A stretch of 64,000 nucleotides of DNA from Octopus vulgaris (Eukaryota): assembly GCA_951406725.2 (NCBI GenBank), contig OX597815.1:75268001-75332000 (forward strand), read 5' to 3'. Of this stretch, positions 53,370-64,000 are shown one piece after another (the first letter of the stretch is position 1; each line of letters opens with the position of its first letter). The notes under the pieces are model-generated. The model worked only from the letters and a program-made list of their open reading frames with translations. It was not told where the DNA came from and did not search any database. The translations under genes were made by a program, and so were the position numbers.

Positions 53370-53990
53370 TTATCTCAGGTTTTGTTGGAACTCATGGTAT
53401 CTTGCATGAGTTGTGGTTTTGCTACCTCTAGCCTATGGTACCCTGCTACTTGTTATGTTCAAAACTATATAGTACTTTTCCGATAATTCTAATAATTTGT
53501 GCCAATGAGGTTAATTTTTTTGCAAAAGCTCTGCTGGACGCTATATTCCCATTTTCTTTATGTTCCTCTCAATACCTTTTGATTCTGTGCCTAAGGCCCC
53601 AATTAATAATCGGCACTATTTTTACCTTTTTCATCTTCTTCAGTCAGGCTATTTCGATTTAAGAGGATTGTATACGTCTACTTTCTTGCCTCCCTTCTCA
53701 ACTATCTGTGAGTCAAATGGTCAGGCAACATCAATTACAGAGCACATGTGTTTTACTTTGTCCACTACTACTTAGTCCGGCTTGTTGTGCTGAAACACCT
53801 GGTCTATTTGAATTGGGAAATTCCACGAGATTTTTCAAGTACCCAGTCACCTCTGTGGTATTACCTCTTTCTAATCTCCACTTTTCACAGTTTCCGATGC
53901 AGATCTTTTACTATTATAATAATTTCTCGTGAAGTTGTCCCACATGCACTTTCCCGTCCTGTATCGATGTGCCATCTGTCTCTAATCTTA
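53370..53990 (-). pseudogene. R4/Dong-like restriction-like endonuclease region and 3' end
   Basis: Minus strand VVVDKVKHMCSVIDVA.PFDSQIVEKE..KVDVY..LK...KKVKIVPII.GALGT. Confidence 0.7.
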
Positions 53991-54468
53991 CGTTAAACGG
54001 CTGGTGACGCCAACCCACCGCGATAATCACTCTATTACCTCCATTTTACATGGATAACTAGTTAGTGTCTTTGTTTTCTTTTCTTTCTTTTGTTTTTTGG
54101 TGTCTGTTTGAGGCAAAAATTATTGCCGTATGGTGAACGTCTTTGAAATTGGTAATGGAAAGAGTTTTCCTTGACGACACTCTCAATACTTTCTTCAAAT
54201 ACTATTTGAAAATGAGATTGGACGTGGAAAGAGTTGAAGAATGGACATAGAGAGGGCAGACCTGACTAAATTTCACGAAAGGAGAAGGGTAACTGCGGAT
54301 GAATGATGCCACTCTCCAGGTTGGCCAATAGTTAAAGAAGACGTTTGCTTGGAGAGATGAGTGGTCTCCATCATTCATTTATTTATCTCTGTTTTCTATT
54401 TTTGACGTGTTAAATCTTAAACTTTTTATTATTGTTAATTGTTATTAATTATTGTATATTACTATATT

Positions 54469-54955
54469 ATGTGGAGGCGCAATGGCCTAGTGGTTAGGGC
54501 AGCGGACTCGCGGTCGTAGGATCGCGGTTTCGATTCCCAGACCGGGCATTGTGAGTGTTTATTGAGCGAAAACACCTAAAGCTCCACGAGGCTCCGGCAG
54601 TGGGTGGTGGTGAACTCACCTGTACTCTTTCACCACAACCTTCTCTCACTCTTTCTTCCTGTTTTTGTTGTATCTGTATTTCAAAGGGCCAGCCTTGTCA
54701 CACTCAGTGTCACGCTGAATCTCCCCGAGAACTACGCTAAGGGTACACGTGTATGTGTAATAAATGAGCTGCGACGTCACTGGTGCCAAGCTGTATCGGC
54801 CTTTGCCTTTCCCTTGGATAACATCAGTGGCGTGGAGAGGGGAGGCTGGTTCGCGTGGGCGACTGCTGGTCTTCCATAAACAACCTTGCCCAGACTTGTG
54901 CCTCGGAGAATAACTTTCTAGGTGCAATCCTATGGTCGTTCATCACCGAAGGGAG
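54469..54955 (+). mobile_element. Composite SINE: family C 5' part joined to family D 3' part
   Basis: Family C runs to GGGTACACGTGT (about 54752). Family D runs from AAATGAGCTGCGACGTCACTGG (about 54762). Confidence 0.8.
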
Positions 54956-56063
54956 TCACAATACACAATACTATATCATATTGTACTGCGTTGCATATTA
55001 TTGTACTTTGTTGTATATTGCGTTTCATTACAGTACACGATTCTGGCGGCAAACTGGTAGAATCAGTAGAGCATCGGACAAAATGCTTAAAGATATTTTT
55101 TTACGATCTGTTTGTTCAGAATCCAAATCTCACCGAGGTTAACTTTGTCTTTCATTCTTTCGGGAGTCAATAAAATAAATTACCAGGCAATTATTAGGCT
55201 GATGTAATCGACTAACCATTCCTCTTAAAACTGATGGCCTTACCTAAATCGGAAACCGTTGCAATATATCAAATTCTAATATGTTGCTGCCTATTATGAT
55301 CATTATTCCTAGATTGAGTCCCTACAGCAAGAGACGAGATGGAATTGATGTATCAAATTATGTGTTTTGACGTTCTGCTTTTAAACCTTTGGAGTGCAAC
55401 CTTATAATTCATATGTGTTACTGCTGAAAATGAATACCAACACCAGTCAAGTACTGGCGTTGATTGAGAACTTCTATATAGATAAAAATGAAATAAAATA
55501 TTTGGATGACAAAACTGCCAGGGTCATGGGGCGAGATCTATCGTACCATCTTTAGCTATCTATACCCAATTATATTCTGACTTAAAATCACGCAGAAATC
55601 GCCTGCAGTCGACACTAGCTCTCTCTCTCCCTCTCTCTCCCCCTCTCTCCCTCTCTCTCTCCCCCCTCTTTCTCTCTCTCTTTCTCTCTCTATCTTACTC
55701 GCTCTTCTTCTTCTTCTTCTTCTTCTTCTTCTTCTTCTTCTTCTTCTTCTTCTTCTTCTTCTCTTCTTCTTCTCTCATTCCTTTCTCTCTTCCCCTCTTC
55801 CTCTCTCTCTTTTCTCTTTTCCTTCCTGCCTCTCGCTCCATAGTAGTAGTAGTAGTGATGGTGACGGTACAACTGCTGCTGCTGCTGGTAAGATTGTGGG
55901 CTATTGTTTTCATCTCTCCGATCGATGAAACAAGTACTTTTGTCTATTTAATCGTTATCGCCTGTCCCCACGAAATATTTGTACTTGTTGCCAATAAGCT
56001 AGAAATCATTATTGTTTGTTGTAATTACTATCATAACAATTATTAGTTTTCTACTTTTGTATA

Positions 56064-56388
56064 GACAAGGTGTCTCAAAATGATGGAACACATTTAAACA
56101 CACGAAACTAGGGCAAATAAAAATGTGAAAGATGTTTACCTCAAAAGACATAACTGCATCTAAATTTGAGGCTTTTAAACTGCTGTATTATATGCCAATT
56201 GTTCTTTATTGAACAGAATCTTGGACAGTGAATGCAGCTACGAAGAAAATGATAGAAGCCTTTCAGATGTGAATAGTTTGGAGGTTTGGAAGGATAAGCT
56301 AGTATGACTGGGTAACAAATGCAGGATGTGCAAGAAAAATCCAAAGGTACATGTTGTTGGGAATCAAGTCCACAGAGGTCTACTTTGG
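56064..56388 (-). mobile_element. Possible Tc1/mariner remnant
   Basis: TIR-like ACAAGGTGTCTCAAAATGATGGAACAC, and PLDF and SKP motifs on the minus strand. Heavily decayed. Confidence 0.35.
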
Positions 56389-56749
56389 ACATACACATAA
56401 CATATGCAAATATATACACATATAAACACACATACTCACGCATACATTCGTACGTACATACATACATACATACATACATACATACATACATACATACATA
56501 CATACATACATACATACATGCATACATAATACGTACGTATGTATGTATGCTTGTACGTACGTACATACATACATACATAGATAGGACGGGACGCAGGTCC
56601 GTCGCAGGATTACTCATTTTTGGCAGCAGAGTGGATTGGAGCAACGTGAACTGAAGTGATTTTCAAACCGTGGACATCATTATGAACTCCTGTACCTCCG
56701 CTATGTATTGGGTTCCAATTTTGATATAAGGCCAGCAATTTTGAGGGAG

Positions 56750-56945
56750 TCACTGCCTAAAACCATCCTGTTCTGGCAGGAAATGCTGAGAGAAAGAGAG
56801 AAAGAGGCTGTCATAGATGTTTGTGAACTGACGATATCAAAGAACGGACTCTAAACAGAATCCTGGCTAGTTGTATGTATGCAGCTCAACACAGAGGGAG
56901 TTAGAGTTTTGGCAAGCCAACCCTTAGAGATAGGGAAGGCATATG
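56750..56945 (+). mobile_element. Possible RTE LINE 3' fragment
   Basis: SLPKTIL...KRERGCHRCL*TDDIKERT...AAQHRGS resembles the RTE C-terminal pattern R.RGRP...W.DDIK.W......A..R..W. Confidence 0.5.
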
Positions 56946-56979
56946 GTTGACCGCTGGTGATAATAATACATAACAAACG

Positions 56980-57195
56980 TAAGCCTGCGAGCTGGCAGAA
57001 TTGTTAGTGCGCTGGGCAAAATGCTTTGTGGCATTTCGTCTGTCTTTACGTTTTGACTCCAAATTCCGCCGAGGCCGACTTTGCCTTTCATCCTTCGGGG
57101 GTCTATAACATAATTACCAGCAGAGCACTGGAGTAGATGTAATCGATTTATCCCCTCCCTCAAAATTGCTGGCCTTATGTCAAAATTTGAACCCA
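56980..57195 (+). mobile_element. SINE family A copy
   Basis: GCGAGCTGGCAGAATTGTTAG...AAATTCCGCCGAGGCCGACTTTGCCTTTCATCC. Confidence 0.8.
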
Positions 57196-57809
57196 ATACA
57201 TAGCGGAGGTACAGGAGTTCATAATGATGTTCAAGGTTTGAAAATTACATCGTTCTGAGGGAGCCTTTACTGCTGTATATTTCTGGGCTCTGTCTCGTGT
57301 GGCTTACTTGTTAGGGTATTGGGGTCATGAATATAAGACTGTGATTTCGATTTCTGGACCGAATGATGCATTGTGTTCTTGAGCAAAACACTTCAGTTCA
57401 CGTTGCTCCAATCCACTCTGCTGCCAAAAAATGAGTAATCCTGCGACGGACCTGCGTCCCGTCCTATCTATGTATGTATGTACGTACGTACAAGCATACA
57501 TACATACGTACGTATTATGTATGCATGTATGTATGTATGTATGTATGTACGTACGAATGTATGCGTGAGTATGTGTGTTTATATGTGTATATATTTGCAT
57601 ATGTTATGTGTATGTGCGTCATTTACAGAGTTCCAAAATATTCTGATGCACAAGGTTGATCAAATTAAATCCAGCTTACGGTTGGAATTGAACCCGCTTC
57701 TTCACAAACAGTCGTTGTCTGTTTCTCAATGGTAAGGATCTGACTGACATCTATTAATTGTATTGAGGATGTACACTGAAACATCAGTGATAGCTGTACT
57801 GGCAATGAC

Positions 57810-57921
57810 TGACGATGACAACAACGACTAAGGTGGTGCTGGTGGTGGCGGCGGTGGCGGTGGTGGTAGCAGTCGTGGTGGCGGTGGTGACGGTGATAAC
57901 AACGACGACGACGACGACGAC

Positions 57922-57958
<37 letters not shown>

Positions 57959-58545
57959 GCGATGGTAGTGGTTATAATAGTGAGGTTAGAAGTGGCAGTG
58001 GCAGAGGCAGCAATGGTATAATGGTGAGTGATACAGTGATGGATATGAAGGTAGTGGTGTTGGGGGTGGTAGTGTGGTGAGCTTTATCACGTCAACGAGA
58101 AGGGGCGGGAATAGAGGGAAAACGGCGTCAACACTGACGCTGGCAAGGATGACAACGGCGATGACGACGACAAGAAGATGGTGATGATGGTGGTGATGTT
58201 AGTGGTAGTGGTGGTGGCGGTGGTGGTGGTGGTGGTGGTGGTTTTTGTGAAGTTGATGATGATGATGATGATGATGATTATGATGCTGGTGATGGTGATG
58301 GTGATGCCTTTTCTTCTACTGCTTTATAATCGCTATTGATGCTTCTGATGATAGGTTTCACCATGACCACCACCATCACCAACACAACAACATCACGACA
58401 CCACCGCCACCACCAACAACAGCAACAATAACGACGACGACGACCAAGACGGTGACGACGATTATGTTAATGATGACGCTGATGATGATGGTGGTGCTGA
58501 TGATAATGATGACGACGATGACTACGTTTATGATGATGATTTAGC
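57810..58545. repeat. Degenerate (GGT)/(GAT)/(GAC) trinucleotide region
   Basis: Direct inspection. Confidence 0.85.
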
Positions 58546-59372
58546 GGATGATTCTCCCGCCTCTAATTGATACATTATTAAATAGCTCAATGATATAATT
58601 TCTGAGTGAATGTGACGTGGGGAAAACAACTTAAATTAAAGATGGACTCCAGCCAACAGAAGCAATTACACATTTCCTTCAGTTCTGTATAATAAAGACG
58701 CTCTATGCACACACCAAACTGCCTGGCTTCCATGAAAAGATTCGGTCGCTGCATTTATAATCGCCATCAGAGAAAGAGAGAGAGGGAAGGAGGAGGAGGG
58801 AAACTCTTGGCAATAAATAAATAAATGACTGAATGAATAAATGTTTCCTATATAGATTGAAAGTGTGCAAATAGCTGAGTGGAAAATATAGCGGATAAAC
58901 TACCAAGAGTTCGGCTTTTCGTATTTAGTCAACCGACACTGCGTAGTGTTTGTGACCAGAAAATTTTGCTCTCGATGATAAAGTACAGCTAACTCTTAAA
59001 CAGGATGATGGGTAGCATAACCCACCAGTGTAATTAATCCGAGTACTGTAGAATTAAGGAATGTTTCGATGGCTTTATGAATCATACTTCGAGTGGATTC
59101 GTAAAGATCTATTATCAATTCTGCCCAGACCAGATAAAAAAGGATAAAGAAACAAAATATGCATACTTAGAAAACTAGAGACAGTAAAGCTCATTTTACT
59201 TTCTTGAAAAAGAAAATAAACAGTTCAAAGGAAAGACAAAATGGTTAACAGTCATAGGAGAATTACATTTGAAAATCATGAATTACTGCGTTGGAGTGTA
59301 TTTGACAATAGTCCTGCTCTATTGACTTGTCTTAGTGTTAAATAACAATAACAACTAGCAGTATTTAATAAT

Positions 59373-59588
59373 GATTTCAAATTTTGGCACAAGGTCAGTA
59401 ATTTCGGAGGAGGAGTTAAGTTGACCACATCGACGCCCAATGTTCAACCGGCACTTATTTTATCGACTTCGAAAGGATGAAAGGCAAAACCGACCTCGGT
59501 AGAATTTGAACTCAGAACGTAAAGACGGATGAAATGCCACTAAGCATATTTCCCAGCGTGCTAACGATTCTACAAGCTCGCTGCCCTA
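59373..59588 (-). mobile_element. SINE family A copy
   Basis: TTTCAAATTTTGGCACAAGG...GAAAGGATGAAAGGCAAA...GAACTCAGAACG...AGCTCGCTGCC. Confidence 0.85.
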
Positions 59589-60066
59589 ACAGCATTTCAT
59601 AATGCTGTACTAGGAATTGAACCAAAATTGATTAGCATAAAGTAGCAATAACAGAGGCGACTGGGTCTACCTTTTTCTCGCCTTCGCTCTGGTATACACC
59701 CTTAGATTGGACTATGGAAAAGAAGTAATATTCATGGATTATTATACTGAATGTACAGTATACTGATGCACCATGTCTCTGCCTTAGAGCAGCAGAGAAA
59801 TGGTGTATCTAGAACAACGGATCACTGGGTTGTGTAGTTGTTCATTTGGTTATTTTCGTGCCACGGGTAAGCACACTCAGGCTGACGTGGGCCTAGACAA
59901 CAACTAAGGGAATCTATAGCAGACCAATGCCATGTACAGGAAAATGTTTAATTTTCACCTGTTCTATGATTTAAATACTTGTAACAACATCCTGCGGATT
60001 AGTGAGATTCGGAAAGGGTTTAGCTTCTTTCGCGGACACGCATGCATATACAACAAATGCACACAC

Positions 60067-60147
<81 letters not shown>

Positions 60148-60449
60148 CATTCATACACACACTCTCATATAGTTTTCTATAAATTTTGTAACACTAAACA
60201 TAAAAACAGTACAGGAAGGTCTCGCATATGTAATAAAGGCAGTTGAAAGATTTCGAGTAACTGAAATAATTTCCGCAATCGGCCTCTACACGCGTTTCAA
60301 ATATAACAACAAGCAAAAGAGATAACCCTGATAACATAGGTCAAGTGGAATATTAGGAGAATGTGTGTTATGCTGATAGTAGTCGATTACATTGCGCCTA
60401 GCTGTTTATATTAATTTAGCATGTATTGTATATTAATTATGTTTGTGTG

Positions 60450-60781
60450 AAGGCGCATGGCTCAGTGGTTAGAGCGTAGAGCTTACGATCATGAGGTTGT
60501 GAGTTCGATTCCAGGATCGGGATGTGTGTTGTGTTCTTGAGCAAGACACTTTATTTCACGTTGCGCCAGTTCACTCAGCTGTAGAAATGAGTTGCGACAT
60601 CACTGGTGCCAAGCTATATCGGCCTCTGCCTTTCCCTTGGATAACATCAGTGGTGTGGAGAGGGAAGGATGGTATGCATGGGCGACTGCTAGCCTTCCAC
60701 AAACAATCTTGTCCTGACTTGTGCCTCGGAGGGTAACTTTCTAGGTGCAATCTCATGGTCATTCATGACCGAAGGGGGTCT
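60450..60781 (+). mobile_element. SINE family D (tRNA head plus CORE-like domain), full length
   Basis: A box TGGCTCAGTGG, B box GTTCGATTCC, CORE-like TGTGTTCTTGAGCAAGACAC...GTAGAAATGAG, tail ending GACCGAAGGGGGTCT. Confidence 0.88.
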
Positions 60782-60879
60782 CCAATTATGTATGTTTGTA
60801 TGTATAATATTTTTAATCGAAATAAATTCATAAAAGTGACTCAAGACTTGATAGCTTAGTACATACCACTTTTGTCGGT

Positions 60880-61185
60880 TGGTCGGTTGCGACGACGAGT
60901 GTTCCAGTTGATCCGATCAGCGGAACAATATGCTCGTGATATTAACGTTCAAGTGGTTGAGCACTCCACAGACACGCGTACTCTTAGCGTGGTTTCCAGA
61001 TTCAGCGTGACACAAAATGTGACTAGGCTGGCCCTTTGAGATACAGGTACTACTCATTTTTGTCAGTTGAATAGACTAATGCAATGTGAAATAGAGTCAC
61101 TTGCTCAAGGACACAACCCACTGCCGGGTATCGATCTGACGACCTTCAGCGGAATACACCAGCCACTAAGTCAAACGCCTTCACA
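60880..61185 (-). mobile_element. SINE with CORE-like head and family C tail
   Basis: Tail GGTTGCGACGACGAGTGTTCC... is shared with family C. The head region CACTTGCTCAAGGACACAAC is shared with family D. Confidence 0.7.
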
Positions 61186-61239
61186 TGTATATATATATAT
61201 ATATATGCATGTGCATGTGTGTTTGTAAGTAAGTATATA

Positions 61240-61287
<48 letters not shown>

Positions 61288-62299
61288 AACACATGAATAC
61301 ACACATACATATATTGAATTTTATTTATCCTGTTTGTTCTACCAAATACACGCACCATAACTGACTAGCTAGCTAGCTAGATAGATAGAGTGATTGATAT
61401 AAGCATCGATATATAGATTATGCATACATACGTACATACATACATACATACATACATACATACATACATACATACATACATACATACGTACATACATACA
61501 TACATGCACACGTACATGCGTGAATGTACATATGTATAAATATATGATGAAGCGAAGAGTATGATGTATAGAGGCAAGGTCCATACACATATACAAATAT
61601 TTGTATCACACACTTTTATATGTAAATGTGAACATTTGAAAGTATTTACTGCATGTTGTCTTCTCTCTGTCATTTAATAGCCAAGTAAATTTTTTATTTC
61701 ATCTGTCTCATTTATCTTCCAATGTTTTATGAACTTTGCTCCATCCATTTTCTCGCCATCTTTTATTATCGTTGCCCCCAAGAAGTTCTGCAGGATTAAT
61801 CACTCAATATGTCCGTATATGAAAGGAAATATCTATTGAACTCTCTTCTGGCTCGGACTCGGTGAATTGCAGGTAAGAGAGAAAGTGAAATTAGTAATAA
61901 CAAACGATGATCGGTTTTTGAAAAATGAGGAATGAGAAATGAAAATATAGGAATTTTCATGGAGAGTATTAGTAGCAGAATTCCGTTAGAATTAAAGAGT
62001 AAGATATGGTGATAAACAGAATAGTAATTCATAGAGGTTGATGGGAAAGGGGGAGTGAGAAAGACAGGAAGAAAGAAAAGAAGAGTGAGGAAAGTAATGA
62101 AAAGAAGAAGAAGAAATAGAGAGATGAAATGAGAAATAGGAGAAAAAGGAGTGATATTCAAACGAAGGAAATATAGATAAATGAATGGATTAATTTATGT
62201 ATGTTAAGCGAAAAAGTGACAAACGGGAGAATAGACGGAAAAGCACGCATGCGCATGCCTGCACACACCTACCTACTCATCTAAATTATATGCGTTTAT

Positions 62300-62771
62300 T
62301 CTTTTACTCCTATTCTTTTACTCGTTTCAGGCATCTGATTGCGGCCATCCTGGAGCACCGCCTTAAAGGGTTTTAGTCGAAGTAATCTATCCTAGGGCTT
62401 ACTCTTTGTAAGCCTAGTACTTATTCTATCGGGCTTTTTTGCCCAACCGCTAAGTTACGGGGACGTAAACACAGACATCGGTTGTCAAGCGATGGTGGGA
62501 AGACAAACACAGGCTCAAAGAGACACACATATAAATATACTTACATATATACATATATGACGGGCTTCTCTCAGTTTCCGTCTACCAAATCTACTCACAC
62601 GGCTCTGGTTAGCCCTAGGCTATAGTAACACGCCCAAGGTAACACGCAGTAGAACTGAACCCGAAACCATGTGGCTGGGAAGCAAGCTTCTTACCACACA
62701 GCCACGCCTGCGCCTAGCTTCTTACCCAACAGCCACGCCTGCGCCTAGCTTCTTACCCCACAGCCATGCCT
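62300..62771 (-). mobile_element. SINE family B, full length, with tandemly repeated 5' end
   Basis: Reverse complement of 62990-63378. GCTTCTTACC..ACAGCCACGCCTGCGCCTA repeats about three times. Confidence 0.88.
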
Positions 62772-62854
62772 AAGAGAAAGTGGTGGTGACGAGACTGGTA
62801 ATATATATTAGGTAAATGTTTCTCTGTATGCATGTATGTATTTATGAATGTATG

Positions 62855-62888
<34 letters not shown>

Positions 62889-62989
62889 TGTATGTATGTA
62901 TGTATGTATGTATGTATGTATGTATGTATGCATGCATGCATGTATGCACGTATGTATATCTATGTATTCATTTATGCTTTCATGTTTGT

Positions 62990-63378
62990 GGCGCAGGAGT
63001 GGCTGTGTGGTAAGTAGCTTGTTTACCAACCACATGGTTCCGGGTTCAGTCCCACTGCATGGCACCTTGGGCAAGTGTCTTCTACTATAGCCTCGGGCCG
63101 ACCAAAGCCTTGTGAGTGGATTTGGTAGACAGAAACTGAAAGAAGCCCGTCGCATATATGTATATATATGTATATATGTGTACGTGTATGTTTGCGTTTG
63201 TCCTAGCGATGCCGGTGTGCTTATGTCCCCGTCACTTAGCAGTTCGGCAAAAGAGACCGATAGAATAAGTACTGGGCTTACAAAGAATAAGTCCTGGGGT
63301 CGAGTTGCTCGATTAAAGGCAGTGCTCCATCATGGCCGCAGTCAAATGACTGAAACAAGTAAAAAAGTAAAAGAGTAA
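62990..63378 (+). mobile_element. SINE family B, full length
   Basis: GGCGCAGGAGTGGCTGTGTGGTAAG (A-box-like), GGTTCAGTCCC (B-box-like), internal TA/TG tract, AAAAGAGT tail. Confidence 0.9.
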
Positions 63379-64000
63379 GACACAGGAGTAGTTTTCGATG
63401 AGGCTGGTATAACCAAATGGACCAAGCGTCCCTATATTGTTCTTTTCATGCCGAACCTTGCGTTATGAAGAGTAATATCGCGTCTGGCAAGATTTGAAGT
63501 TAGAACGTTGGTGGAATAAAAGTAAATACTGGGGGATAATCGCTTAAAAACGTTTGAGGTGTAGGTTTGTATCGTATTTATAAGGTTGTAGAGTTATAAG
63601 GGAATAACTTTAGTGCATTCAGAGCATTAATAGCATCTATTTTATCAACCCCGGAGCGATAATTGGTTAAGTTAATCCTGCTATGATTTCAAGTTAGAGA
63701 GTAAAAGGATCTTAAATGTGTATCGCAGGGTAATTAGCAGATATATTGTCGGGGATTTAGTAGATATACTGAAGGTTAGTGAGAAATGCTGTCGGGTGTT
63801 TAGCAGAAATACTACAGGGTATTTAACAGAAATAGTGTTAAACGCTCAGCAGAAATACTACAGGTTGTATACCAGCAGCAATAATATTTACACGCACGCA
63901 CGCACACACACACGCGCGCGCGCACACACACATTCCCACAAACACACAGACAGACAGACGCACACACACACATTCACACACACAGATTTTTCATAAGTTT

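Larger units (their letters stand above)
56388..57617. repeat. Local inverted duplication
   Basis: 56388-56658 is the reverse complement of about 57389-57617. 56659-56749 is the reverse complement of about 57155-57246. Confidence 0.9.

Noticed and set aside
54469-54545. tRNA-like sequences (also at 1905, 50600, 60450, 62990)
   Set aside because: A and B boxes are present but acceptor stems are not, and each runs into a repeated SINE body. These are SINE heads, not tRNA genes.
57810-58545. Asp/Gly-rich or poly-V/M coding exon
   Set aside because: Degenerate trinucleotide repeat with frame breaks and no splice support. Similar tracts occur at 48640 and 52330.
59645-59905. Possible I-group LINE 3' relic (RLRSG motif)
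   Set aside because: A single short motif in decayed sequence is too weak to call.

Overview
This is AT-rich, microsatellite-saturated animal DNA that looks intronic or intergenic. The repeat landscape suggests a coleoid cephalopod, probably Octopus (inference from the tRNA-derived SINE families and simple-repeat load). I cannot support any host protein-coding exon. Nearly all listed ORFs are translations of simple repeats or SINEs. Recognisable coding relics are all mobile: an intact-frame 5'-truncated CR1-group LINE RT (25660-27360), a decayed Penelope-like element with RT and GIY-YIG (about 20353-23245), a HERO-type restriction-like endonuclease 3' end, R4/Dong, RTE, Jockey-like and L1/Tx1 fragments, a mariner transposase end, MITEs, and dozens of SINE copies from about four families. 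The most interesting signal is RNA structure. Several short elements embedded in (TA)n carry minimal type I hammerhead ribozyme motifs, one as a 120-bp-arm palindrome with a hammerhead on each strand. Three loci carry hammerhead parts in a non-circularly permuted, pseudoknotted order (NUH, then GAAA, then CUGAUGA): complete at 41505-41584 (-), slightly degenerate in the HERO 3' UTR at 19687-19739 (+), and truncated at 28355-28411 (+). All pairings were read by eye. No folding, alignment or database search was run.
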